The position numbers and the translations under genes were made by a program. DNA of 59,064 nt from Nanobdellota archaeon (GTDB lineage Archaea > Nanobdellota > Nanobdellia > UBA10117 > ARS21), in assembly GCA_014239585.1 (NCBI GenBank), contig JAAZYP010000002.1, forward strand, positions 1-59,064. The letters are read 5' to 3'. The notes beneath the pieces were generated by a model. It had not been told where the DNA came from. It did not search any database and was given only the letters and a program-made list of their open reading frames with translations. The stretch's first letter is position 1; every line of letters begins with the position of its first letter. Shown one piece after another: positions 1-8,598 of this stretch.

Positions 1-101
1 ATAAAAAATAAGCCGAGTATTGCGAACAATGACCAAATAATACATAATTTCAACAAGGTTGATTCACGCATATGGGTACTTAGTATAGAAAAGTATTTAA
101 T

Positions 102-377
102 TTGAATTTTATTAAAAACCGTATGACTAAATCAAAATCTAGTGATCTTTTAGGTAAAACAGTTGTATCTAAGTCTGGAAAAAAATTTGGGCTTTTGGGT
201 GACTTAGTTTTTGAATCTAGAACCGGAGAATTAATTTATCTTGCAATTAAAACTCCTACTGCATTTTGCATGAGTTTGGATTTAGAAAAAGATAACACAA
301 ATAAATATTTAATTCCGTTTTCAGCAGTGATTTCCACTGGAGATTTTGTAATTGTTAGTGAAGAAGACATAGTTTAA
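102..377 (+). CDS. PRC-barrel domain protein
   Basis: Track ORF starts at TTG 102. An in-frame ATG at 123 (MTKSKSS...) is the more likely start. The pattern LLGKTVVSKSGKKFGLLGDLVFESRTGELIYLAI...IPFSAV...GDFVIV is typical of small archaeal PRC-barrel proteins. Confidence 0.6.
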   Translation: MNFIKNRMTKSKSSDLLGKTVVSKSGKKFGLLGDLVFESRTGELIYLAIKTPTAFCMSLDLEKDNTNKYLIPFSAVISTGDFVIVSEEDIV

Positions 378-610
378 TGTTAATTTTAGCTAAAAGAATT
401 ATACGTTTAATTAGAATGATAAGTTACCGAACTATAACTCAATTTATGCTTATTTTTTTGATTGCGATTGTTGGTTATTTTACGGGTATTCGTGGTTTAT
501 TTTTAATGAGTATTGCAACGGCGATTGGTATTATGGCACAACTTGTCGGTATCCGTAAAGTTCATCTGATGGGTGTTTTGGCATTACCAACCATATTAAA
601 TTATTCGTAA
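377..610 (+). CDS. small hydrophobic membrane protein (hypothetical)
   Basis: 77-aa ORF with two or three hydrophobic segments. Its start overlaps the upstream stop (TAATG). No recognisable family. Confidence 0.4.
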   Translation: MLILAKRIIRLIRMISYRTITQFMLIFLIAIVGYFTGIRGLFLMSIATAIGIMAQLVGIRKVHLMGVLALPTILNYS

Positions 611-1062
611 CCAAAACTTAGTGATTCACGTTTTTGTTTTTCCACATAATCCGTTCCTTGTTTTGATAAAAAATATCGCTTAGGTCTACCCGGAATTGAA
701 GAAATATAATTTAAATGTTCTAATTCAGCAAGTTTATTTCTAATTGTTCGTTCAGATTTTTGAATATTATATGCTGCTTTAATTTGTATTGCAGTTACAG
801 CATAATTTGTAGATATTGCTTGAGCATCAAACAATAACATTAGGAGTTGAAAGTCGCTAACTGCGAAGGTAGATGCCAATGGTTTGGAAATTGGAATTTT
901 TGGTTTGGAACTTCCATTTAATTCCAACATCTTTTCCAGAAGAAATTGATACTTTCCGGTCAAATTTGATAAATTCGTTTCAGTCACAATTAAATCGGCT
1001 TTGAGTTTCTCGATTTCTTCACGATGAGAATTTAAAATTTTACGGTAATTTATGTCAGACAT
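601..1062 (-). CDS. coiled-coil plus winged-helix DNA-binding protein (hypothetical regulator)
   Basis: 153 aa. N-terminal heptad-like helix (EEIEKLKADLIVTETNLSNL). C-terminal wHTH-like segment (SERTIRNKLAELEHLNYISSIPGRPKRYFLSKQG). Lies directly beside the ORB-type repeats at 1101-1216. Confidence 0.5.
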   Translation of the reverse strand: MSDINYRKILNSHREEIEKLKADLIVTETNLSNLTGKYQFLLEKMLELNGSSKPKIPISKPLASTFAVSDFQLLMLLFDAQAISTNYAVTAIQIKAAYNIQKSERTIRNKLAELEHLNYISSIPGRPKRYFLSKQGTDYVEKQKRESLSFGYE

Positions 1063-1100
1063 ATTCTTTTGAGGTGGGTTTCAAATAAAAGAATTCGTTT

Positions 1101-1142
1101 TTTCCACTAAATTCCAATAATGACCCCTTTGTTTCCGATGGA
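1101..1142 (-). repeat. 42-bp direct repeat copy 1 carrying an ORB-like Orc1/Cdc6 box
   Basis: TTTCCACTAAATTCCAATAATGACCCCTTTGTTTCCGATGGA. On the minus strand it reads TCCATCGGAAAC-AAA-GGGGT (dyad plus G-string) followed by a second AGTGGAAA half-site. Identical to 1175-1216. Confidence 0.65.
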
Positions 1143-1174
1143 ATGCCAGTAATTAGGCATAAATCACCTAAAAC

Positions 1175-1216
1175 TTTCCACTAAATTCCAATAATGACCC
1201 CTTTGTTTCCGATGGA
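1175..1216 (-). repeat. 42-bp direct repeat copy 2 carrying an ORB-like Orc1/Cdc6 box
   Basis: Perfect copy of 1101-1142, separated from it by a 32-bp spacer (1143-1174). Confidence 0.65.
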
Positions 1217-1220
1217 GCGA

Positions 1221-1913
1221 CTATTTGTCTTTATCTCTTTTGAAACACATGTCTTTAAAATCGCAATAATTGCATATGTATGATTCTTCACGCGAAGGCG
1301 GGATTGATGTGTTTAATGAATTTGCTAAAATTGATCCTCTTGCTTCAAGATAATTTAACATATCTAATTTTGGAACAATATATGTTTTTATTTTATTTAA
1401 TGAAAAATATACGATACATAATTTTTTGATTTTTGATTGTTTATCCGGACTCAGCATCGAATAATAAGATTGAATTTGCATTAAATGTTCTGGTTTTGGT
1501 TTATCGGGAATGCTTTGTATAGTTTTGAACTCATACATTACATTATCTGATAATACATCAACATATCCGATTGCATCGAATAATCCGAAATCTTGGGATA
1601 AAAATATTTCATTTTCGGTTTCGTCCAGATGTTCTTGGAAAAAATTGTGAATCGCATGTCCTCTTGAAAAAATCCATAATTTACTCAACGTTATTGGAAC
1701 TTCTTCCACCAAATCATAATATGATCTTCTTAAACACGGTCCGGTTAATCTAGTTACGCCGAATCTAGGTTTTTTGTTTTCGTTACGTTTTCGTTTTTTG
1801 CCTCTACCTGCGATTAATGCCTTTATTACTACGGGTGGAAAATGCTCATATTCGGCATCGTAAACGTCATCGATATGACGCTCTTCGCCATCCGGACAAA
1901 GAATTTTAACCAT
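1221..1913 (-). CDS. Cas4/RecB-family PD-(D/E)XK nuclease with a 4-Cys (Fe-S) signature
   Basis: N-terminal Cys (TGPCLRRSYY). GHAIH motif. D...ExK (GYVDVL...MYEFK). QxxxY (QIQSYY). C-terminal CNYCDFKDMC (C-x2-C-x5-C). Overlaps the 3' end of the PolD DP2 gene by 8 nt. Confidence 0.8.
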   Translation of the reverse strand: MVKILCPDGEERHIDDVYDAEYEHFPPVVIKALIAGRGKKRKRNENKKPRFGVTRLTGPCLRRSYYDLVEEVPITLSKLWIFSRGHAIHNFFQEHLDETENEIFLSQDFGLFDAIGYVDVLSDNVMYEFKTIQSIPDKPKPEHLMQIQSYYSMLSPDKQSKIKKLCIVYFSLNKIKTYIVPKLDMLNYLEARGSILANSLNTSIPPSREESYICNYCDFKDMCFKRDKDK

Positions 1914-4900
1914 TCATAAATCCTTCCAATTTAATTTGTTTTGTTGGATCTCTACCAAATACTGAATCTATACGTTTTTCTAACAAATTTATTGTATCTT
2001 TAACATATTTGGACACACCTTCCACTTCAATTAATTCTAAACTTTTTCCTAAATATTTTTTAATGGATCCCTCACTAATAGTATATATTATTCTATCACT
2101 TTTGCAAGTTTTACAAGTTCCAGATAGCGGCATTCTCCTATATTTTTCGTTGCATTTTACGCATCTAAATCGTTGCATCGTAAATTTTCGTAAATTTCCT
2201 TTTGTATCTCGAATGAAATGTCCGTTTATTACTAATTCAGCAACTTTTTCTATATCAACTGCGCGAATTTTTTCTGCTAGATCCATTTGCCCTGCAAGTT
2301 TTTCGGTCATTGTGGGTAAAAATTTATATGACGATATAGTTACGCCCTTATTTATATTTGAAATTGGGTGTGTCCAACCATGACCTTCATATTGTTCATT
2401 TGTATCAATTGTATCTTTTATTGATCTCAAATTTATATCCCACGGGTTTTTGAATTCAAGTGCTCCGCGATACAATTCTAATGGAAATTTCCAATTTATA
2501 TTTAAATCATAAACTTCGTCGTCAACTTCCTTTGAATTTAAAATTGTGGAAATTACCAGTGGTGCGTCCATACTCCGTGCACCACGCCTATCTGGTAAAA
2601 AATCTCTTGAAAAATTTAGAAAGGCATCCATTGTTAACATGATACTTGTTTCTTCCCCGTCCAGATCTCTACGTTGAGCCGCATGCCAGTACGGGTGAGC
2701 AAATAATGCTGATACTTCAGAGAATCCGATTATTCGTCCAATAATTCCTGCAGAAGTATGAGGTGCCAAACCAATAACTAACTGCCCGATTAAATCTGAT
2801 TTTGTCGCAATGTTGTAGAATGCGGGTTTATCATATAGTGTTGTTAATTCTTCATCCACAAAATGTGCCGTATTCATTAAAATATTGCTTGCAGATTCGG
2901 GACCGAGTAATTTTGAATCAGGAATTATTATATCTTGAGGAAATATTTCAATTAATTGATTTTCAGAAATTAATTTGTTTCCATCTTTATCAGTAGTATA
3001 TCCTAATTCTTTTGCCTTTTTTACTGATAATCCGATTTCTATTGGCGTAAAATGTGTTGCACCTAACTCCGTTCCATCATATCTCACAGTACCGTCTTTA
3101 TTTACTCTTAATCCGTATTTTGCTCGAAGTAATCCTTTGAATGGATGTTCAACATATCTGAATTTATTCATTGTTGATCTAACACCTTTGATTAGTGTTG
3201 GGAGTTCCCCAGTCCATTTTGATTTTAATTTATTGAATAAATCTGAAATTTGATATTTTCGATATTCGTAATTTTTATATTTTCCGTGTTCCGGTGGTTC
3301 ATCCATTTTCCGTTTCGATAAGTTACAAAATACTTGGTGTTTGGTGTTTCTAGATTCACAATGTTCGCATTTTTTGAAAATTGTTTGTTTGTTACAATCA
3401 TTACAAATTATAATTGGTAATTCCGCAGTAACATATCCTTTTTTGATTACATCTCTAAAATTTCTTAATCTTCCTCCTTCGGTTCCGACTGGAAATAGAA
3501 AGTTTGCTGAACCCTTCATTTCTCGCATTTTTGCTTTTTCAGGTCTTCCCATACGTGCACCGATTGCAGTTCCATTTTTATCTTTTATCTCGTATCCAGA
3601 TAACTCAGATAGAAATTTGAATAACTGTTTTGTGGAGGGAATATTTTTTGTAGTTAAATTTAAATTTAAATCTAATTTTTGGTATAGTTCTTTTGAAATT
3701 TTCACTTCGTTATTTTCGAGTGTATGATTGCAACCAATAATTTCTAAAAGTCGTTTATTTGATGAGTTTGGTAATTGAAATTTATTACTTTTAAATGTCG
3801 CACCATTTAACCATGATCTCAAACCCATAATTTCTTCAATTGAAATTTCTTTCCAAAAAAATATTAATTTGGGGTGTAATGCGATGTTTTCTTCTTTTGA
3901 AATTTTTATTAGAGTTTCAGTTGGTAATTCGTTCGGTAAAAATGATTTGAAAAAATTGTTTGGTAAATTATATTTTTTAATTGTTTCCTGAATTGATGAT
4001 ATTTTTTCTTTTAATTCCAACAACCACCATTCTGGACAATATCCTGCAGGTACTAAAAAGTGTCCATTTTCAGTAAATTCGCCGGGTGAAATTAAAATAT
4101 CACCTAGAAAAAGTATTTCTTCAATTGATTTTGCATATTCTTTTGCTTCATCTTCAGTTGTAGGTGTTACAACGGCCCCGTTTTTCAATTTTAAAATTGG
4201 TCCTGCGATTGAATCACACGAAGTTAATGAGGTTGATTTTCCTGGTCGCTCAACACGTAATTGTGTTCCAATTGCTAAATAATCATTTAAGACGTGCATT
4301 GTCAACGGTGATATTGCCCATGAACCGTGCCCAGTTAATCGAGACCTCCCATATCTTAATCTGAATCCACCTTGCCGTAAAGGATGAGTAAATACGGGTC
4401 TACCTGCAACTATTTCTCGAATGTATGAGTAATTTGGTTTTAGTTTTGCGTTATCCTCTTTCGAATCTTCAGATTTGTGTGCATGTATATCATCTTTTAA
4501 TTTTAGAAAACTTTCGAGCCAAATCCATTCACTCAATCCGAATTCAGATCCCCATTCTTTTAATTTTTTCCAGACTTTTGCACCTTTTAACGGAACACAA
4601 TCTGTCAACATTAATGCCATTCCGCCACGTATTCGATCTGTTTCAACACGAGGTAACCCTTTGAAATTTGATACAGTTAATTCCGAGGTGGGATCACCAT
4701 TTAATTCAACAGATAGATTTGAAATGATAAACTCTATTTCCTTTTCAGTTGGTTTGTATTGTTTACGTTCTACTCGATCGTAATAATCTGTAACTTCAGT
4801 ATAATATCTTTTGATTTCGTTAGGTGTTGGATCATATTTAGCGATGTTTTGTTTTATCCTCACGTAGTCGGCAATAACTGTTGTTACTGCAGATGCTGTT

Positions 4901-5382
4901 GCACCACCACCTCTGATCGGTCCAGCATAATACATTGCAAGATAATTTTCGCCATCTTTTCTTTTTTTGAATTTGATATTAATTAATCCTTCAAGTGGTG
5001 CAGACACCGTACCTTGTGTAATATATGCGAATCCCGTTCGAATACCAATATTTATTGCTTCAATCTTTTCAGTAAATTTGCAAAATTTTTCGTCTGCGAT
5101 TTCATTAGCCAAAACTAATGCAACTCTCCAATCACCAAAACCATATTGTTGTTCTAATTTAGAAATTCTTGTTGTAATGCCGCTCCCGATCAAATTTGGT
5201 GATATTGATCCCATGATTGCTTCAACTCTTTCAGCAACTGATGCTGCTAAAGGTATATCTGATTTTAATTGTGGATCTATTCCTGTTTTTTTAGCTTCGT
5301 TTGCTAAATTATGTAATTTCATCGTATTGGTTTTAAGTGAATCAAAATATTGATGAATTTTTTTAGAAGCAACAATTGTCAT
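1906..5382 (-). CDS. DNA polymerase II (PolD) large subunit DP2
   Basis: 1158-aa ORF. Has the GARMGRPEKAKMREMKG motif, internal Cys clusters (CNDCNKQ...CEHC) and a C-terminal Zn finger (RCVKCNEKYRRMPLSGTCKTC). Length and layout are typical of an intein-free DP2. Confidence 0.95.
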   Translation of the reverse strand: MTIVASKKIHQYFDSLKTNTMKLHNLANEAKKTGIDPQLKSDIPLAASVAERVEAIMGSISPNLIGSGITTRISKLEQQYGFGDWRVALVLANEIADEKFCKFTEKIEAINIGIRTGFAYITQGTVSAPLEGLINIKFKKRKDGENYLAMYYAGPIRGGGATASAVTTVIADYVRIKQNIAKYDPTPNEIKRYYTEVTDYYDRVERKQYKPTEKEIEFIISNLSVELNGDPTSELTVSNFKGLPRVETDRIRGGMALMLTDCVPLKGAKVWKKLKEWGSEFGLSEWIWLESFLKLKDDIHAHKSEDSKEDNAKLKPNYSYIREIVAGRPVFTHPLRQGGFRLRYGRSRLTGHGSWAISPLTMHVLNDYLAIGTQLRVERPGKSTSLTSCDSIAGPILKLKNGAVVTPTTEDEAKEYAKSIEEILFLGDILISPGEFTENGHFLVPAGYCPEWWLLELKEKISSIQETIKKYNLPNNFFKSFLPNELPTETLIKISKEENIALHPKLIFFWKEISIEEIMGLRSWLNGATFKSNKFQLPNSSNKRLLEIIGCNHTLENNEVKISKELYQKLDLNLNLTTKNIPSTKQLFKFLSELSGYEIKDKNGTAIGARMGRPEKAKMREMKGSANFLFPVGTEGGRLRNFRDVIKKGYVTAELPIIICNDCNKQTIFKKCEHCESRNTKHQVFCNLSKRKMDEPPEHGKYKNYEYRKYQISDLFNKLKSKWTGELPTLIKGVRSTMNKFRYVEHPFKGLLRAKYGLRVNKDGTVRYDGTELGATHFTPIEIGLSVKKAKELGYTTDKDGNKLISENQLIEIFPQDIIIPDSKLLGPESASNILMNTAHFVDEELTTLYDKPAFYNIATKSDLIGQLVIGLAPHTSAGIIGRIIGFSEVSALFAHPYWHAAQRRDLDGEETSIMLTMDAFLNFSRDFLPDRRGARSMDAPLVISTILNSKEVDDEVYDLNINWKFPLELYRGALEFKNPWDINLRSIKDTIDTNEQYEGHGWTHPISNINKGVTISSYKFLPTMTEKLAGQMDLAEKIRAVDIEKVAELVINGHFIRDTKGNLRKFTMQRFRCVKCNEKYRRMPLSGTCKTCKSDRIIYTISEGSIKKYLGKSLELIEVEGVSKYVKDTINLLEKRIDSVFGRDPTKQIKLEGFMNG

Positions 5383-5433
5383 ATTTAGTTGATTTTTAGC
5401 AGTTTTTAAATAATATTATGGGAAATTAAACAT

Positions 5434-5742
5434 ATGCCTCGTGGTAGACCTGCATTCAGCCCAATCAGAGATAATCTTGTAGAATTAGTTTATTATTATG
5501 GTAATGGTTACGGTTATGAACTATATAAGAAATATATTGAAGTATTTCATAAAACTACGATTCGATCAATATATTATCATTTGAATAAAGGTGTTAGTTT
5601 GGGTGTTTTCAAAATTGATAAAGTTGAACAAGTTGAAGGAAATTATAGTTGGGGTACAGGAGTTAGGCGTGTTGTTTTTTCACTTGGTCCTAATGCGAAT
5701 CCAAAAAAGGATGTTAGAGTTTTGAAACGATTGAAAAAGTAA
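5434..5742 (+). CDS. small PadR-like winged-helix protein
   Basis: 102 aa. GYGYELYKKY...TIRSIYYHLNKGVSLGVF resembles the PadR-type wHTH recognition region. Ends 3 nt before the ORB at 5746. Confidence 0.55.
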   Translation: MPRGRPAFSPIRDNLVELVYYYGNGYGYELYKKYIEVFHKTTIRSIYYHLNKGVSLGVFKIDKVEQVEGNYSWGTGVRRVVFSLGPNANPKKDVRVLKRLKK

Positions 5743-5745
5743 GTC

Positions 5746-5894
5746 CTACCCCTTTGTTTCCAATGCAATGACTTTTTTAATTTAGCTTTATTTTTTAAAA
5801 ATCATTATTCTTTTCTATATTGATAATAAATAATATATATTTATAAAAACATATAATAACAACACAACTTCCATGAGAAATAACAGGGTAGGGG
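5746..5894. promoter_or_regulatory. putative replication origin (oriC): inverted ORB-like boxes flanking an AT-rich unwinding element
   Basis: 5748-5767 read on the minus strand gives TGCATTGGAAAC-AAA-GGGGT. 5869-5894 on the plus strand gives TTCCATGAGAAATAACAGGGTAGGGG. The spacer between them (5771-5868) is almost pure A/T. Sits between divergent PolD-DP2 and cdc6-DP1 genes, the arrangement known for Pyrococcus oriC. Confidence 0.6.
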
Positions 5895-5961
5895 CAACAT
5901 TTCCATTAAAGTAGTTATAAAAAAACACATAAGGAAGACACAATTACAAATCAATTATATT

Positions 5962-7212
5962 TTGGCGAGGATAAAATATTATAAGCAAGAGTTCTTATGG
6001 AGAGCTATGGCTGACGAATTAGATGATTTATTTGACAATTTTTTAGAAAAACCGTCAGTTTTTGAAAATAAGGAAGTATTACTATTAAGATATTTTCCAT
6101 CCAAAATACCACACCGATCTGAACAAATTAAAAAAATAGGATCAATTTTAGCACCCGCTTTAAGAAATAACAAACCTTCAAATATTTTTATTTATGGAAA
6201 AACGGGAACTGGAAAAACATTATGTACTCAATATACATTAAATAAATTAAAAGAAAAAGCGGAGCTAGCAGGCACTAAATTATGTTTTGCATATTTAAAT
6301 TGTAAATTAAAAAAAGTTGCAGATACTGAATATCGTGTCATTGCCGGACTTGCAAAAGCATTGGGTGAAAAAGTACCGATCACAGGTTTACCTACAGATG
6401 AAGTATATAATATATTCATAAATAAAATTGACGAAACAGACCAAATCATAATAATTGTTTTAGATGAAATAGATCGATTAGTTAAAAAAACAGGAGATGA
6501 AATATTATATTCCTTAACTAGATTAAATTCCGAATTAAAGCGTGCAAAACTGTGTTTGATCGGAATTTCAAACGATATACGATTTATTGAAGATATTGAC
6601 CCACGAGTTAAAAGCTCACTTGGGGAAGAGGAAATAATTTTCCCACCATATAATGCTCTGGAATTAAAAGATATTTTAGAGGAACGTTCTGCAGACGCAT
6701 TCAGAAAAGAATCAATTGATTCAGCAGTTTTAGCAAAATGTGCTGCATATGCTGCAAAAGAACACGGTGATGCAAGGAGAGCACTAGATTTATTGAGGGT
6801 GGCAGGAGAAGTTGCCGAAAGAGAAGACGGAGAAATTGTATTAATGAAACATATAAAATTGGCAGAAGAAAAAATTGAAATAAATCGAATATCTGAAATA
6901 GTTAAAACCTTACCAACTCAATCAAAACTACTAATATATTCAATTTTTCAATTAATTGAAAAAACAAAAGGTAAATTGGAGACAGGCGAAATTTATGAAA
7001 AATATAAAGATCTATGCAATTTGAATAATACTTCAATCTTAACTCAAAGAAGAATATCAGATTTAATCTCTGAATTAGATATGCTAGGATTAATTAATGC
7101 AAGGTTGATAAGTAAGGGTAGACATGGACGAACTCGCGAAATATATTCTACAATTCCACTCGATTTATCCGATAAATTAAAAGATGAATTAAAATATGAG
7201 TTGATGTTATGA
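5962..7212 (+). CDS. cdc6: Orc1/Cdc6 replication initiator (copy 1)
   Basis: Walker A GKTGTGKT, Walker B VLDEID, sensor region GDARRALDLLR, C-terminal winged helix. The track start is TTG 5962; the alternative ATG is at 6007. Confidence 0.95.
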   Translation: MARIKYYKQEFLWRAMADELDDLFDNFLEKPSVFENKEVLLLRYFPSKIPHRSEQIKKIGSILAPALRNNKPSNIFIYGKTGTGKTLCTQYTLNKLKEKAELAGTKLCFAYLNCKLKKVADTEYRVIAGLAKALGEKVPITGLPTDEVYNIFINKIDETDQIIIIVLDEIDRLVKKTGDEILYSLTRLNSELKRAKLCLIGISNDIRFIEDIDPRVKSSLGEEEIIFPPYNALELKDILEERSADAFRKESIDSAVLAKCAAYAAKEHGDARRALDLLRVAGEVAEREDGEIVLMKHIKLAEEKIEINRISEIVKTLPTQSKLLIYSIFQLIEKTKGKLETGEIYEKYKDLCNLNNTSILTQRRISDLISELDMLGLINARLISKGRHGRTREIYSTIPLDLSDKLKDELKYELML

Positions 7213-8567
7213 CTTCAAATAAAGTTAAAGAATTAATTAAGAAAGGAATTTTACCTACTTCTGAAAATATAGATAAAGAGGTAGTAGTGGTAAAATCGAA
7301 AAATAAAGACTTGAAGTCAAATTTAAAAATAATAAAAGAATTTAACTATAAACCAAAAAAAGTTGAACCGAAAAATTTTACAGAACACTATCGAGAAAGA
7401 TATAAATTCATGCGAAATACATTATTTTCTAGACCCGAGGCTGCAAATTCCGTTTCAATTGAACACTTAAAATCAACCTATTCGCGAGAAGAACAAAGTA
7501 TAATTGCAATGGTTTCAGATGTAATTCGATTACCAACTGGAACACTAAAATTAACTGTTGAAGATTTAACCGGTGAAATTGATTTAATAATTTCTTCAAA
7601 AAGTGAAGAGTTAATCGAAAAAGCACAATTTTTAACCCTAGATGAAACATTAATTTTCAAAGGACGCCCATCAAAAGATATAATGTTTGTATCAGAAATA
7701 ATTTGGCCAGATATACCTGAAACACCAATTGCAAAATCACCAGAAGAAGTGTATGCAATTTTTTCAGGAGATATACATGTCGGATCAAATCATTTTTTAC
7801 CAAAACAATTCAAAACATTCATGGATTGGTTTAATGGAAAGGTTGGAAATGAACGCCAACGCGAGATCGCCAATAAAACAAAATATTTTTTCATACCTGG
7901 GGATTTGGTCGACGGAGTTGGAATATATCCCTCACAAGAAAAAGAATTGATAATAAAGGATTTAAGAGAACAATATAATGAACTTGCAAAATATTTGAAA
8001 GAAATACCTGACGATAAAGAAGTTATAATTTGCCCGGGAAATCACGATACATGCGTACGGTTAGAGGAGCCGCAACCGCAAATGTATGAATATGCTGAAG
8101 CAATAGCAGAATTACCAAATGTCACGATGGTAACAAATCCATCTTATACTAACATCCATGCTCAAGATAATTATCGCGGTCAAGATGTATTGATGTATCA
8201 CGGATATTCATTTGATCAATTAATTGACCAAGTAGATGGATTAAGGTTAGCAGGCGGTTATGAAAAAGCCGAAGAAATTCACAAATTTTTATTAAAGCGA
8301 AGACACTTATCTCCAACACACAATTTAAACTTAACTTTACCAATGAAAAAAGATCCACACATAATTGAAAAGATTCCGGACATAATGGTTTCAGGTCACA
8401 TTCACAAAGCTAGAATTGGGAATTATAAAAATACAATAAGTATATCTGGAAGTTGTTGGCAATCAACAACTGCGTTCCAAGAAAAAGTAGGTCATAAACC
8501 GGATCCAGGAATGATACCAATTCTAAATTTACAAACCCGAAAAGCAAATATGCTTAGTTTCAAATAA
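7209..8567 (+). CDS. DNA polymerase II (PolD) small subunit DP1
   Basis: Calcineurin-like phosphoesterase motifs (SGDIHVGS, GDLVDG, PGNHD, GHIH) after an OB-like region. ATGA overlap with cdc6. Confidence 0.93.
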   Translation: MTSNKVKELIKKGILPTSENIDKEVVVVKSKNKDLKSNLKIIKEFNYKPKKVEPKNFTEHYRERYKFMRNTLFSRPEAANSVSIEHLKSTYSREEQSIIAMVSDVIRLPTGTLKLTVEDLTGEIDLIISSKSEELIEKAQFLTLDETLIFKGRPSKDIMFVSEIIWPDIPETPIAKSPEEVYAIFSGDIHVGSNHFLPKQFKTFMDWFNGKVGNERQREIANKTKYFFIPGDLVDGVGIYPSQEKELIIKDLREQYNELAKYLKEIPDDKEVIICPGNHDTCVRLEEPQPQMYEYAEAIAELPNVTMVTNPSYTNIHAQDNYRGQDVLMYHGYSFDQLIDQVDGLRLAGGYEKAEEIHKFLLKRRHLSPTHNLNLTLPMKKDPHIIEKIPDIMVSGHIHKARIGNYKNTISISGSCWQSTTAFQEKVGHKPDPGMIPILNLQTRKANMLSFK

Positions 8568-8598
8568 AAGTTATATACCACTAATTAATAATTTAATT

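Noticed and set aside
1101-1216. Possible one-spacer mini-CRISPR array (42-bp repeats, 32-bp spacer) next to a cas4-like gene
   Set aside because: There are only two repeats. The repeat contains a textbook ORB dyad plus G-string whose core recurs at the cdc6-proximal origin. No other cas genes are in the window. The Orc-binding interpretation is favoured, but the alternative is kept in the findings.
2009-5353. Ten plus-strand ORFs of 60-128 aa antisense to the PolD DP2 gene
   Set aside because: All lie inside a strongly supported 1158-aa gene on the other strand. Their products are low-complexity, Phe/Leu/Ser-rich and motif-free, as expected for AT-rich antisense frames.
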